DNA of 63,867 nt, counting the filler, from Octopus bimaculoides (taxonomy: Eukaryota): assembly GCF_001194135.2 (NCBI RefSeq). It is 5 parts of 5 records of this genome, joined end to end, with 100 filler letters (N's around TTAATTAATTAA, not from the genome) between each part and the next. Parts side by side here need not be neighbours in the genome. Positions count along the whole stretch, not along the records: positions 1 to 22,791 come from NC_069000.1; 4 more parts are not named here. One strand, 5' to 3'. A program made the translations under genes and the position numbers. Shown piece after piece: positions 1 to 11,623 of this stretch (positions are counted from its first letter, which is position 1; each line of letters starts with the position of its first letter). The notes beneath the pieces were generated by a model. The model searched no databases. It was not told the DNA's origin and saw only the letters and a program-made list of their open reading frames with translations.

Positions 1-70
1 CAGTTTTAGTAGAAAGTGGGTTATACATCTTTAGATTGTATACCTGACTTTCTACTATATAATTAAAGAA

Positions 71-373
71 TATAACGGAACGCTGAACTCCAGACTAAAC
101 AACTTAAACAACACTTTATTTAGGTGGTAAATATATAAACATCTTTAGTTCTTGTTGTTACAGCTTCTGTGTGTATGAGCATAGTTGTTGGGACGTTGTT
201 CTGTAGTTGTGAGCGAGCTGTCGAGTGTAAGTCCGAAAGATGTAGAGAGACAGCTTAAACACACGTCCATGCTCAATCGCTGGCCAGCGAGAAAGAGAAT
301 GAATTGAGCGGGAAACGCTTGCTTGTTTAATTCTACGCATGCGTAAGACTACGCATGCGCAGGCGTTACTACA
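71..373 (-). mobile_element. Possible solo LTR (about 300 bp)
   Basis: On the minus strand it begins TGTAGTAAC and ends GTTATA (a degenerate GTTACA), with AATAAA about 45 nt before the 3' end (plus TTTATT 115-120). It is CpG-richer than its flanks. No TSD found. Confidence 0.4.
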
Positions 374-419
374 CAGTTCTATACCCCATCCTTCTCCATC
401 TCCCCAGGCTCACCACCTT

Positions 420-980
420 GCATACATACATGCCAAGTGCAAAAGAACTCTTCTTTGCTTCATTCCAACAAGGACTGCAATCTTGACAATGTTACTTCTA
501 TTACCCTCAAATATTGCACCTTAGAGCTAGCCCCTATACATACTAGGCTCTTCAATCTCTTCCAATCTACAGAGATACACTCTGATCTTTGGAAACATGC
601 CACAGTGTATTCTGTTCCCAAGCCAAGTACCCCCTCTGATCCTGTAAACTACTGTTCTTTTGCATTCAATTCTAGTATCTCAAAGATAATGGTGACAGTC
701 TTTACCAATAATGTTTTCCAACACTTTAATCTCTTTCTCCCTTTAATAACCACCTTCCTCATCCATTAAGTCAGATCCATTGGTTATCTACTCTTCTATG
801 TCACCTGCCAGTGGGCTGTCACCTTAGAGAAATCTAATGAAGGCAATGTTGTTGATTTCACCAAAATCAAAGCTTTCTATCATGTCTAGAATGTGAATTT
901 CTTATCAAAACTGCCTGCCTTCAGGTTCCATCTGTCACTCATTTTTTTTTATTGGTAGTTTCCTATCAGATAGTGCTATC
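420..980 (+). mobile_element. Degenerate L2/Crack-group LINE reverse transcriptase fragment
   Basis: Translation LAPIHTRLFNL...WKHATVYSVPKPSTPSDPVNY...SSISKIM, then RSIGYLLFYVT...KAFYHV*NVNFLSKLPAF...SFLSDSAI. This resembles RT domains 1-4 (YRPISL and DISKAFDRVWH motifs). Confidence 0.75.
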
Positions 981-2170
981 ATAGCATATGTTGATAGAGC
1001 TCTTTCTGTCCTACACTATTAACTGTGATGTGCGGGGGGAGTGTGGGGTTGGGATGGTATGGGTGAGGTGGGTGCAGGTTGGGGTTTTCATTCATTCTGA
1101 CTTTCTTTCTCTTCCTCTCTTTTCTTCCTTCTGCCACCTTCCACAGTTCTTTTTCATTCAACTTTATTGCCTCTTCCACTTTCTCCGGTTCCTTCCTACC
1201 TTCCTCCTGGCTTTTCTTATTCTGTGAAGGGCAGTCCGCTCTAATGTGGCCCTTTTGGCCACATTTGAAACATCGAGGGATTCTGCCCTCCCCCCCATAC
1301 TCTTAACACCATATCTCCTATAGTTACTGTTTCTAGTATTTTTTCGAGATTTTCTTTTGTGCTTTGTATGCTTATTTCTAATGTTTGGCCTTTCCATTTT
1401 AATGTTTCCGTTTTTGTGGCTTGGAGGACAGCTATTTCTTCTTCATTCCTCAGAAGTACGGCTGCTGCAACCCAAGCCACATCAATTTCAGGTGGGATTC
1501 CCTCCATCCTAATCTTGGAAGTCCTTCTTCCAAGATACGTGGGTAGGAGGACCACCCTTTCTATCCTTAGTGGGGTTACTGAGTGTTCTTCAGCTATCCC
1601 TGCTGTTTTGAAATGCACCTCTATGGTTCTGTATCAGCTTCCTCTGACAGGATATGTTATATCTTGCCAGATTGACCTTAAAACCTTTTCAATTGTTTCT
1701 GCCGACATGCTTTCAATTCTCCTCTCTTCCATCAAATACACCTTGTATATGAGTGTTCTTTTCTCCATATAGTTCAATACATCTTGGGGTGGTAACAACT
1801 TTACGTTACCACTTGTATACCATTTTTTCTTGTAGTTTTTTTAAATTTGTCAAATCCACTTCTTTTTTCCTGAATTCTGTTGCTTCTGCAAAACTTTTTT
1901 TCCTTAAACTTTCATCCATCTTTTGTACTGCTTGCACGAGCTACTCTTGCAAAGAAGACAATTCAGACCCGCTAAGGTCTGAATAAAACATACTCTTCAC
2001 CGTTGACATGGCTAACTCTCCTCACACGTGGAGAGAAAGCACAAACAGAAAAAGCACTGCAAAGCAGAACAAAAACAATCAACAATTCCTCAAAAACACG
2101 ATATGAACACTATAGCAAATGAATACTGCTGGCAGCACTGTGCAAGCAGCCAATAAGAGCTCGCCACAGC
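979..2170 (-). mobile_element. 5' end of a LINE (Tx1/L1-like): 5' UTR plus frameshifted ORF1 with a CCHC zinc knuckle
   Basis: ATG at 2009 (MSTVKSMFYSDLSG...). ORF1-like segment IEVHFKTAGIAEE...LLPTYLGRRTSKIRMEGIPPEI. After a frameshift in a G-run comes EGRIPRCFKCGQKGHIRADC (CX2CX4HX4C, about 1232-1290), then a basic/Pro-rich tail. Confidence 0.7.
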
Positions 2171-2179
2171 TGAAAAAGT

Positions 2180-2430
2180 AGAGTATTGATTTTTTACAGC
2201 TGGGTGTCATGATTTTTCGCTGGCTCAAGCCAAATCCTAGGTGAATTGAGAGTAGTCTATTTATGTTGGGGACGCAGAATTTCGAGGAAAAAATTTTAAG
2301 AAAAGTACCCTAAATCAAAGAGAGCACACATGTCAAATTTGGTGAAATTCGGTCGTAAATTATAGGAGTAGAATTTGTTCATGCAACACACAGACAGATC
2401 ACTTGCCTTTTAATATATAAGATAGATTAG
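2180..2430. mobile_element. Helitron/Helentron-like non-autonomous fragment
   Basis: CAAATTTGGTGAAATTCGG...ATAGGAG...ACACAGACAGATCACTTGCCTTTTAATATATAAGAT resembles the microsatellite-bearing end of HINE/Lep1-like elements (recalled consensus). Confidence 0.4.
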
Positions 2431-2549
2431 AGGATATATTAACCTTTTAAAGGGATGATTACATCCAAGAAAACATTGGTTCTACACCTAAAATAAAATT
2501 ATTAACTTTCAACTCTCAATTTTCTTTTCCTCTATTAATTGAATACAGA

Positions 2550-2930
2550 TTCTTTTATTTGTTTCAGTCATTTGACTACAGCCATGCTGGAGCACCATCT
2601 TCTGTCGAACAAATCAACCCCAGGACTTGTTCTTTGTAAGGCTAATTCTATCGGTCTCTTTCTAATTCTATTGGTCTCTTTTGCTGACATGCTAAGTTAC
2701 AGGAACATAAACACAACAACACCGGTAGTCAAGTGATGGTGGGGGAACAAACACAAAGACACACACATTAATATATATATATGCGATGGGCTTTTTTCAG
2801 TTTCCATCTAGGTTTGGTCGGCCCAAGGCTATAGTAGAGCTCATTTGCCCAAGGTGCCATGCAGTGGAACTGAACCCGAAACCATGTGGTTGGGAAGCAA
2901 GCCTCTTATCACACAGCCACTCCTGCACCT
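2550..2930 (-). mobile_element. tRNA-derived SINE, family A
   Basis: Reverse complement of the 4624 copy: A-box-like TGGCTGTGTG, B-box-like GGTTCAGTTCC, internal (TA)/(TG) array, tail TGACTGAAACAA. Confidence 0.85.
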
Positions 2931-2941
2931 ATATGTTTGTA

Positions 2942-4208
2942 TGTCAGGTTGAATAAAAAAGTAAGCAACGTTTTGAAACATGAAATTCACAATATATTTC
3001 AACACTGCGGAAATTTTATTCATCAAAGTAAGTACCATTACAATCAACACATTTTTGTCAACAAGCTGCAAGTTTGTTTATTCTGGTAACATAAAAATCT
3101 GGAGTTCTGGAGCTGATGAACTCTTTGAATGCACTTTCAGCATCAGTTTGATTTTTGAACTCCTTCTCTCGCAGGAAACCATCAAGGTGCTTGTAAAAGT
3201 GGTAGTCGGTAGGAGAAAGGTCTGGGGAATAAACTGGGTGGGGAAGAACTTCGTAGCCAAGTTCCCTCAACTTCTGGAGCATCATTAGTGAAACATATGG
3301 TCAAGCATTGTCATGAAGAATGATTGGTTCTCTTCTGTTGACCAGTCTGGGATGGAGAAGTAGCAGTTTTTCATTCATTTTGGCAATTTCATGGCAATAT
3401 GTTTCTGCAGTAATGGTTTTTCCGGGTTTTAAGATGTTATAGTGGATGAGTCCAGCAGCACACCACCAAACAGTCACCATAACCTTCTTTTTGAAGAGCT
3501 CTGGTCTAGGGAAGGTTTTTGGTGCTTCATTTTGGTTCAACCACTGCAAAGAACATTTTTATTATTGTACAGAGTCCAATATACAATGCAAGTTACAATA
3601 CAGTTAAGAAATGGATCCGTCTGGTTACGGAGAAGAAGCAATGTACAAGTTTCATATCTGCGCATTTTCTGATTTTCATTCAAATCATGTGGTACTCATT
3701 TGTCAAGCAGTTTTGATTTTCTGATCTTATGCAAATGGTTGCTGGCAGTTTTCTGACTAACTTGAAGTTCTTTTGCCAGTTCTTGAGTGGTTTCACGTGG
3801 ATCTTTCTCAATGATGGTCTTTAATTGACCATCATCAATGACAGATTGGTGTCAACTATGCTCATGATTTTCAAGGCTCAGGTCTCCACTGTGAAATCGT
3901 TTAAACCATTTTCAAGCTGACCACTCAGTGGTCATTTCCTCACCAAACACTTCATTGATATCGCGAGCAGTTTCAGCTGCTTTATGTCCTTTTTTGCAGT
4001 TGAATAGCAAAATTGCTTGAATATCGCACTTTGATAGTTTCCATTTCAAATGATTGTAACATCGGTGAAAAAAATATCAATGTTAATTTATCTATCCCTG
4101 TATTATCAGACAATTGCAAAAAAACGTTGAAAAAAATTCAAAACTGCAAAAATCTGGTACAAATTCTTCATGGTTCAAGATGTTGCTTACTTTTTACTCA
4201 ACCTGGTA
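2942..4208 (-). mobile_element. Full-length degenerate mariner, Hsmar1/SETMAR-like (cecropia-type), transposase pseudogene 4044-3016
   Basis: TIRs (TGT)CAGGTTGAATAAAAAAGTAAGCAAC at the left and TGTTGCTTACTTTTTACTCAACCTGGTA at the right, flanked by TA at 2940-41 and 4209-10. Translation includes KKVMVTVWW, ILHDNA, HPVYSPDLSPTDYHFYKHLDGFL, and WQKCVDCNGTYFDE*. Multiple stops and frameshifts. Confidence 0.95.
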
Positions 4209-4623
4209 TATAAGGCTATGCTGGTACTATGTTAAAAGCACCCAGGTACTGATGCCACGTTAAAAGCACCCAGTATGCTCTGTGGTGTGGTTGCTGTGAC
4301 GAAGATACTCATCTATTTCTATAAAATGCTGAGAAGCTGTCTTTTGGCTTAGAAAAAAGGAGAGTTTTGGTACACTAACAACCACCTGATATCTTTTTCG
4401 TTACTTTGTCCATTCTGACATGTATTGATGTTTTTCAATGTTTTTCTCCCCATAAACACATTTAATGGAATGGTGATGCACCCAATGGTAGTCCATTACT
4501 GAGATTTAAGCAAAAACTTGAACTGTCCGTATTTTCAACTCTGATTTAAAAATAATTGCAAAAGATTTATAGAGTAGGAATGTTAAAATTAATTTTTTCA
4601 CTTAATTGTGTGTAGAGTGTGTT

Positions 4624-5037
4624 AGGCATAGAAGTGGCTGTGTGGTAAGTAGCTTGCTTACGAACCATATGGTTCTGGGTTCAGTCCCACTGCGTGGCAC
4701 CTTGGGCAAGTGTCTTCTACTATAGCCTCGGGCCGACCAAAGCCTTGTGAGTGGATTTGGTAGACGGAAACTGAAAGAAGCCCGTATGTATATGTGTATA
4801 TATATATGTGTGTATGTGTGTGTATTATGTTTGTGTCTGTGTTTGTCCCCCCCAACATTGCTTGACAACCGATGCTGGTGTGTTTACGTCCACGTAACTT
4901 AGCGGTTCGGCAAAAGGTCCGATAGAATAAGTACTAGGCTTATAAAAAATAAGTCCTGGGGTCGACTTGCTCAACTAAAGGCGGTGCTCCAGCATGGCCA
5001 CAGTCAAATGACTGAAACAAGTAAAAGAGTAAAGAGT
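4624..5037 (+). mobile_element. tRNA-derived SINE, family A, full length
   Basis: Head AGGCATAGAAGTGGCTGTGTGGTAAG...GGTTCAGTCCC, internal (TA)n/(TG)n, tail CAAATGACTGAAACAAGTAAAAGAGTAAAGAG. Similar copies recur across the window. Confidence 0.9.
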
Positions 5038-5399
5038 AGAACACAAATTCGCAAAACTTTTCTGAAAATTTTAAAAAATGAAAAAGTTATCAGGGGTTAT
5101 AAGGTGTGTTTAAACCAGAATTCCGCCTTGATTTTTTTAGACTTTATCTGAGTTCCCGTAAGAGTGAAATTATAGACTGTATCCTGGAATTAGTAGTCAC
5201 GCTTTACAGTTTCCAACGCGTGGGATGTCTGTCTAAAATAAGGCAACAGGTATACGTTTATGAGAGGGGGAGGGAGATAGAGAGGTGGGTTGTTGTTTGG
5301 CATGAGTAGGTTTATAGATAAAACTATTCCCCTGTCACTTACACATACACACACAATAAAAATGTTCTTGACTGTACAAAGTGCAAACAACATTAAAAA

Positions 5400-5592
5400 A
5401 AAAAAAAATTGTGAAATAGGCGAGTGACCTCCCCTTCTCATTACTCTCCAGTACAAACACCAGCAGCGACAGTAAAATCCGTAATTCGCCTCTGATCTCA
5501 TATTTTTCACTTGCCGGAGTTCTGTGATCTTTTCAGCACAATTTCTTATCTTATCTACCTTCTAACATGACAACTAGCTGTCGTAGGTGAGA
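5400..5592 (+). promoter_or_regulatory. Candidate first exon/promoter of an unidentified transcript
   Basis: Unique, relatively CpG-rich stretch ending ATGACAACTAGCTGTCGTAG|GTGAGA (donor at 5587), followed by T-rich intron-like sequence. No downstream coding exon identified. Confidence 0.25.
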
Positions 5593-6904
5593 AATTTCAT
5601 TGATCTACCTCATCGTTTGTTTTGTTTGCCTTTTATCAGTTTATAGCGTACCGCATTGTACGACGATGGTTGTTACAAGATAAAACAATGAGATTTTTTT
5701 TTTTACTTGTTTCTTGGTATTTGTAATTATTTTTATTTGTTTTATTTATTTTTGTCAACTTTGCTTGTTAGTTCCGATGGTAGAAACTGCGTGGGAAGAC
5801 AATGAATGTTTGACATCTTTGTGTATGTATATACGACGTTCCAAGATTTTGTTTAACTCGAACGTTCACAGATAGATTATGTGGATATTATAAAAATATA
5901 CCCTATAAATGAAAACACCACTAGGCATGCCATTTCTGCTGATCTGTTCTGTTAAATGAACTATAGATAATGCTTACCCAGAAAAGAAAGGAAAATTCCG
6001 CGTATATATTCTATGCATAAATGCAAGCATTATATATATATATGGATAAAAGAAGTAACATTTGTGTCAGTATCTTTGAGGACTGTCAAAACATCTGTCG
6101 GTGGTAACGCTTCTACATGTGCGTTTAATTCATTGGATAGAATTTGTTCGTCTCCATTGAGATAATAGAATCAGACCGAATTTGTTCAATTGCATTAACG
6201 CACGCACACATAGAAAATCAGCTGTCATCGTAAATAATTCATTTAAATTGCGCTGTAAATCAATTGGTTGGACCGATTATCATTCTTCATCTGTCAGACT
6301 AATTACATAAACCAGCGTATCATTAGTACTAGAAGCTAAAATTACAAGAGTGTACAAAATGAATCCCTCTCTTCAGTACGATTAGATCCCTGATTTCTGG
6401 TTATTGTATGAAGTTTGTAAATGTATTTGTTATTAGATGTGTGTATACTGTTCAATTCTAGACAACAGAAATAGAATGGAATTGCTCCATTAATGGCTAC
6501 TTGTTACTGTAGGAACAATTTTCTTTGGAAGCGCTTGTTGCTTATCTATTATGCATACATTTAGATATTGCCTCGTAACTTATTCCTTGTAAATCATTAA
6601 TCAACTCGCAAAATATTAATTCAACCGCCGCTGTCAACGAAACATGCCAAAACTATACTTAAAAACTAGAATGCAAACCTTGGACAAGTTTCTTTGTATC
6701 CTCAAGCATAGTTGTAATGTACTGTAATATATAATATGTGTATGTGCGCGCGTGCGTATATACACAGGTACACGCGCGTATGTTTGGATGTATTTATATA
6801 AGTATATATGCAAGTGTGTGTGTGTGTGCAGTGTATGTATATATGCATGTGTACATAGCAAGGTACTTTGCATAGGAACTGAACCCTGGACTACTTCCTT
6901 ATGA

Positions 6905-7219
6905 TGCGCACAAGTATGGGTGTGTAGTAAAGAAACTTGCTTCTTAATCATGAGGTTTTGATTCAGTCATGCCAAACAAGTGTGTTCTTATAGCTCAGGA
7001 CCAACTGGAGCCTTGTGAGTGTATTTGATTGACAGAAACTGAAAGAAGCCTGCAATATACAGGCATGGTTGTGTGGTAAGAAGAAGTTTGCTTCCCAACC
7101 ATATGGTTCCTGGTTCAGACCCACTGCATGGTACCTTGGGCAAGTGTTTTCTACTATAGCCATAGGCCAACCAAAGCCTTGTGAGTGGATTTGCAAGACG
7201 GAAACTGAAAGAAGCCTGC

Positions 7220-7252
<33 letters not shown>

Positions 7253-7360
7253 TTGTCTTTGTGTCTGTTTGTTCGCCACCACTACTTGACAACTGGTGTT
7301 GGTGTGTTTATGTTCCCATAACCTTGCAGTTTGTCAAAAGAGAATGATAGAATAAGTACA
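6905..7360 (+). mobile_element. Two nested/tandem family A SINE copies
   Basis: An older degenerate head and body at about 6905-7055 is followed by a second head (AGGCATGGTTGTGTGGTAAG...GGTTCAGACCC) at about 7060 and its body. Confidence 0.75.
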
Positions 7361-7379
7361 TATAAGGTTGGAAAAAATT

Positions 7380-8330
7380 ATTTCCTATTTCAAGACGGGA
7401 AAGAAACAAATGCTTCTTTGATCTTAACTGATATTTTTAATGAAGATAATATTTGCCCTCATTATTGATGAGATAATCTCATCTATTTGGCAAATCTCTT
7501 GGGCATAAAATTCTTCAGGTTTCAAAGCAAAGAAACACTCAGTATCCTTTATAATCTCTTCACAATTACTGTTTTCCCTCAAAATAATGTTGTAATGATC
7601 TGAAAATATGATTGTCAGATGGAGCAAGTTCAGGAGAGTAAAGGATGGTGAAACAAAACTTCTATACTTAGTGTCATAATGTTTTTCTGAGTGACTTTGA
7701 CTATATGTGGTCTTGTATTATCATGTAAGAGCAACACTCTTTTATGACTAACCAAATTTTTGTGTGCTGACAATACTTTGCATTAACTGATTGATTTTGG
7801 TTTAACGCTTTACAATAAATTACACCCTTCATATATCAACAAACACAGTATAATTTTTTTCTTGTGTAGTCTTGGTTTAAGGATCTATACTCCTTTTTCA
7901 CTGGATGCTAACCATTGTTGTTTTCATTGAAAATGATTATAGAGAACCCACTTTTCATCATTTGTGATGTTTCTACCCAGGACAGGTTTGGTAGCAAATC
8001 TACTCCTCAATAATGAGCAGGGGTTTGTCCTTCAATTAAGCTGAGAAGCAGTCAGATGATGAGGGACTGACAAAGTTTAAACATTTTTCCTAATTCATGA
8101 AGCTGTTTTATGATCAAAGTGTGTTTTGGATTTTCCTCAACTTTGGTTTTCAGAAGCTCAATATTGATAGAACTTGGTTGTCCAGATCAAGAAGAATCTG
8201 CAAGAGAAATATTTCCCAAGTAAAACTGGTCAACCCATTAATGGCATACCTGGACACTGAAAAGCGTCACTTCCATAGACAGAATGACTATTTCTTACCA
8301 TTACCACTGCTGGAGAGCCCCTTATGAATT
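7380..8330 (-). mobile_element. Highly degenerate mariner transposase remnant
   Basis: Minus translation LYSPELAPSDNHIFRSLQHYFEGK (about 7580-7650) and CFFALKPEEFYAQEI match the mariner YSPDLAPSD motif and C-terminus. Confidence 0.8.
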
Positions 8331-8736
8331 CATACAGCATAGCGTCTGATATAGGTCTGACCTAAACTCATTTTAAGAGGGTGAATTTAATTACTATGGT
8401 ATCAAGAAATCTGCAAAGAAAGAAAGAAAAATAACATTAGAATGTAAAAATTATACTTATTTTATAACAAGTATTGAAAAAGTATCCTCAAAATGACCAT
8501 GTGAATATGTGACAGGACTTAGATATGTACATCCCCTTGTTTTAATATTACATTACAGTTTTAAACAAACATTGTTCATTTCTAATCTGTGAAAAGCATG
8601 TCTGTTCATGGAGAAATATTACCTTACTTGGAAACAGGTGACAATTGGTGACAGGAGGGTATCTGACCATAGAAAATCTTCCTCAAGGAATTCTGTTGGA
8701 CCCATGCAAGCATACAACAATGTCAAGGATGATATA

Positions 8737-8863
8737 CAGGGTGTCCACAAGGTCTGGGTACATGGAGTAAATAAAATCATAACATAAACAATTGAATATA
8801 AGAAATAATAATTTGTTAAAGTATGTGTTAATCCCCATGTACCCAGACTTTGTGGACACCCTG
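8737..8863. mobile_element. 127-bp Tc1/mariner MITE
   Basis: 29-bp TIR CAGGGTGTCCACAAGGTCTGGGTACATGG with one mismatch to the other end; TA at 8735-36 and 8864-65; AT-rich core. Confidence 0.9.
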
Positions 8864-9899
8864 TATATATATACACACACACGCACATGTGTGCACACAC
8901 AGTAAGCACTAAGCGCTCATGGATAATATGTATTCTCAAATGTTGGATGTGTAATGTTTGTGTGCACCATCATTCATACCTTTGTCTTTCATACCCCAAT
9001 TACTTGTGTTTCTCACTCTGTAAAGAAGTTGGCAAGCAAGCAGTGACATGAGGGTTTGAGTTCCCTTTAGTTGAGGACATTGCTTCTTCTCTATAATACT
9101 GGTGTCATAAAAGATACACCCATTACATTCTGTAAAGTGGTTGGTGTTAATAAGGACATCTTCCCACAGAAACCAAATCAAAAATGAAATACATAAGATG
9201 CAGTCCTTTAACCTGTCTAAATGACCTGTACCCCTGAGTCTGACAATGGCAAATTGTTCAGCCTACACCAGTAAAATGATGATGATAAATATGTACACAC
9301 ACATATATATAATTATGAAAAGAAAACACTGATGACAAATCAGATGGAAGTTCTGTGGTTGGCATATATATTTCAGTGTTTTGAAATTAAGGAACAAATA
9401 AATCCATTGTTCCTTTCAATCCATTGATATAGTGTCATTTACTATTTTTTTTTTATCTACACCACCTCATTCATGGATGTTGACTCCAGTGAGTCAACAT
9501 CTTTGTTGCTCCCCAATTTGAGAGGAAATTTCTTTCATTGGAGTTTTCATGGCTACAGTTTTGGACCAACTGCACAGTTGGCTGGCCCATATGCAAGATG
9601 TTTTTATGAGATACCACTCATGTGGATGGACGTTGGCATGGTGGACTTGTCTGTCCTTTGACAGGTCTTTTTTTTTTTAGTCCTGCTGTGTGTCCACAAC
9701 ATCCTCTTCATCTTGCAAGTCAAGTGGGGGGAGGCAGTTTAATTGCCAGCCACTTGACCATGGAACAGGTAGTATTGTTATGTAGTTCCAGTAGCTAGAT
9801 TTTCCTGGCCTGACCTTGAAAGGCTGATAAGTAATAATGGCTGGCAGAACCAGTAGTGCACTGGATGAAATGCTTTGTGGTTTTTCTTGTGGCCTTTTT

Positions 9900-11230
9900 A
9901 TTTTCTGAGATCAATTTTATCCTTCTCTCATGTTTGAAAGTAAAGTACCAGTCAAGCACTGGGATTGATTGTATCAACTTACTCTCTCCCCTCAAAATTT
10001 CTAGCCTAGCTAGCAGAAATGTTAGCATATCAATCAAAATGCTTAGCAGCATTTCTTTTACTTTCTGAGTTCAAATTCTGCTAAGGTCAAGTTTGCCTGT
10101 CATTCTTTTGGGGTTCATCATCATCATACATCTGTTTTCCATGCTGGGTCAATATAATCAACTTGTCCCCTCCCCTAAAAATTGTTGGCCTTGTACTAAA
10201 ATTAGAAAGAATTCATCATCATCATCATTGTTTAACATCTGTTTTCCATGTTGGCATGGGTTGGACAGTTTGACAGGAATTGGCCAGTTGGGGAACTGTC
10301 CAGACTTCAGTTGTCTGTTTTGGCATGATTTCTATGGTTAGATGCTCTTCCTAATGCCAACCATTTTACACTGTGCTGAGTGTTTTTTATGTGCCACTGG
10401 TACACATGTTTACACACAAATGCATTTCACCTGGTGCCAGCACAAGTGCATTTTACACGGCACCAGTACATAAAATTAGAAGGAATTATTATTATTACTC
10501 ATTAACATTTTGTAAAAAATGCTCAGTGGCATTTGATCTAGTTCTTCACATTCTAAATTCGAATCTTGCTGAGGTCAACTCTGCTTTTCACTCTTTCAGG
10601 GTCAATAAAATAAATACCAGTCAAGTACTGAAGTTAATGTAATCAACTTTCCTCTCCCATCAAAATTGTTGGCTTTATGCCAAAATTCAAAAGAATTATT
10701 ATATTCAAGGTGGTGTGTTAGCAGAATCATTAGCACACTAGGCAAAATTCTTAGCAGCATTTCTTCTGTCTTTGTGTTCTGCCAAGGTCAACTTTGCCTT
10801 TCATTCTTTTGGATTGATAAAAATAAGTATAAGTTGAGCTCTTGGGGCAGNNNNNNNNNNCATCATCATCATCATTGTTTAACATCTGTTTTCCATGTTG
10901 GCATGGGTTGGACAGTTTGACAGGAATTGGCCAGTTGGGGAACTGTCCAGACTTCAGTTGTCTGTTTTGGCATGATTTCTATGGTTAGATGCTCTTCCTA
11001 ATGCCAACCATTTTACACTGTGCTGAGTGTTTTTTATGTGCCACTGGTACACATGTTTACACANNNNNNNNNNNNNNNNNNNNNNNNNNNAAAAATAAGT
11101 ATAAGTTGAGCTCTTGGGGCAGGAGTCAATGTAATCAACTAGCCCTCTTCTCCAAATTTTCAAGTCTTGTGCCTATAGTATTACACAAACAAGGCTGGTG
11201 GATTGGCAGAATTGGTAAAGCACTATATTA
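9900..11230 (+). mobile_element. Cluster of family B SINE pieces and minus-strand RTE-tail fragments
   Basis: Repeated GCAGAAT..TTAGCA...AAATGCTTAGCAGCATTTC...TTCTGAGTTCAAATTC...GAGGTCAACTTTGCCT modules, interleaved with (CAT)n-GTTTAAC RTE tail sequence. Confidence 0.7.
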
Positions 11231-11270
11231 AATTTATTGTGGCATAATGTTAATTTCCTTTATCTTGTTA

Positions 11271-11422
11271 TTACTTGTTTCAGTCATTAGACTGTGGGCA
11301 TGCTGGAGCACCACTTTGAAGAGTTTTTAGTTGAACAGATCAACCCCAGTATTTATTTTTCTATCGGTCTCTCTTATAGAAACCAACACACACATATATA
11401 TGTGTGTGTGTGTGTGTGTGTG

Positions 11423-11467
<45 letters not shown>

Positions 11468-11623
11468 ACAAGCAGGCAGGCAGACTGACTGACTGGGCTT
11501 TTACCAATTTCTGTCTACCAAATCCACTTTGATCAGCCGAAGGTTATAGTAGAAGATAGTGGGGCTGAACCCAGAACTAAGTGGTTGAGAAGCAAGCTTC
11601 CTACACACAGCCATGCCCGCACC
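11271..11623 (-). mobile_element. tRNA-derived SINE, family A
   Basis: TTGTTTCAGTCA...GCTGGAGCACC tail and CTGAACCC...ACACAGCCATGCCCGCACCT head in reverse; internal (TG)n(TA)n. Confidence 0.8.

Noticed and set aside
1034-1072. G-quadruplex consensus
   Set aside because: It is the antisense of the Pro/His-rich codons of the LINE ORF1 tail; no independent evidence of function.
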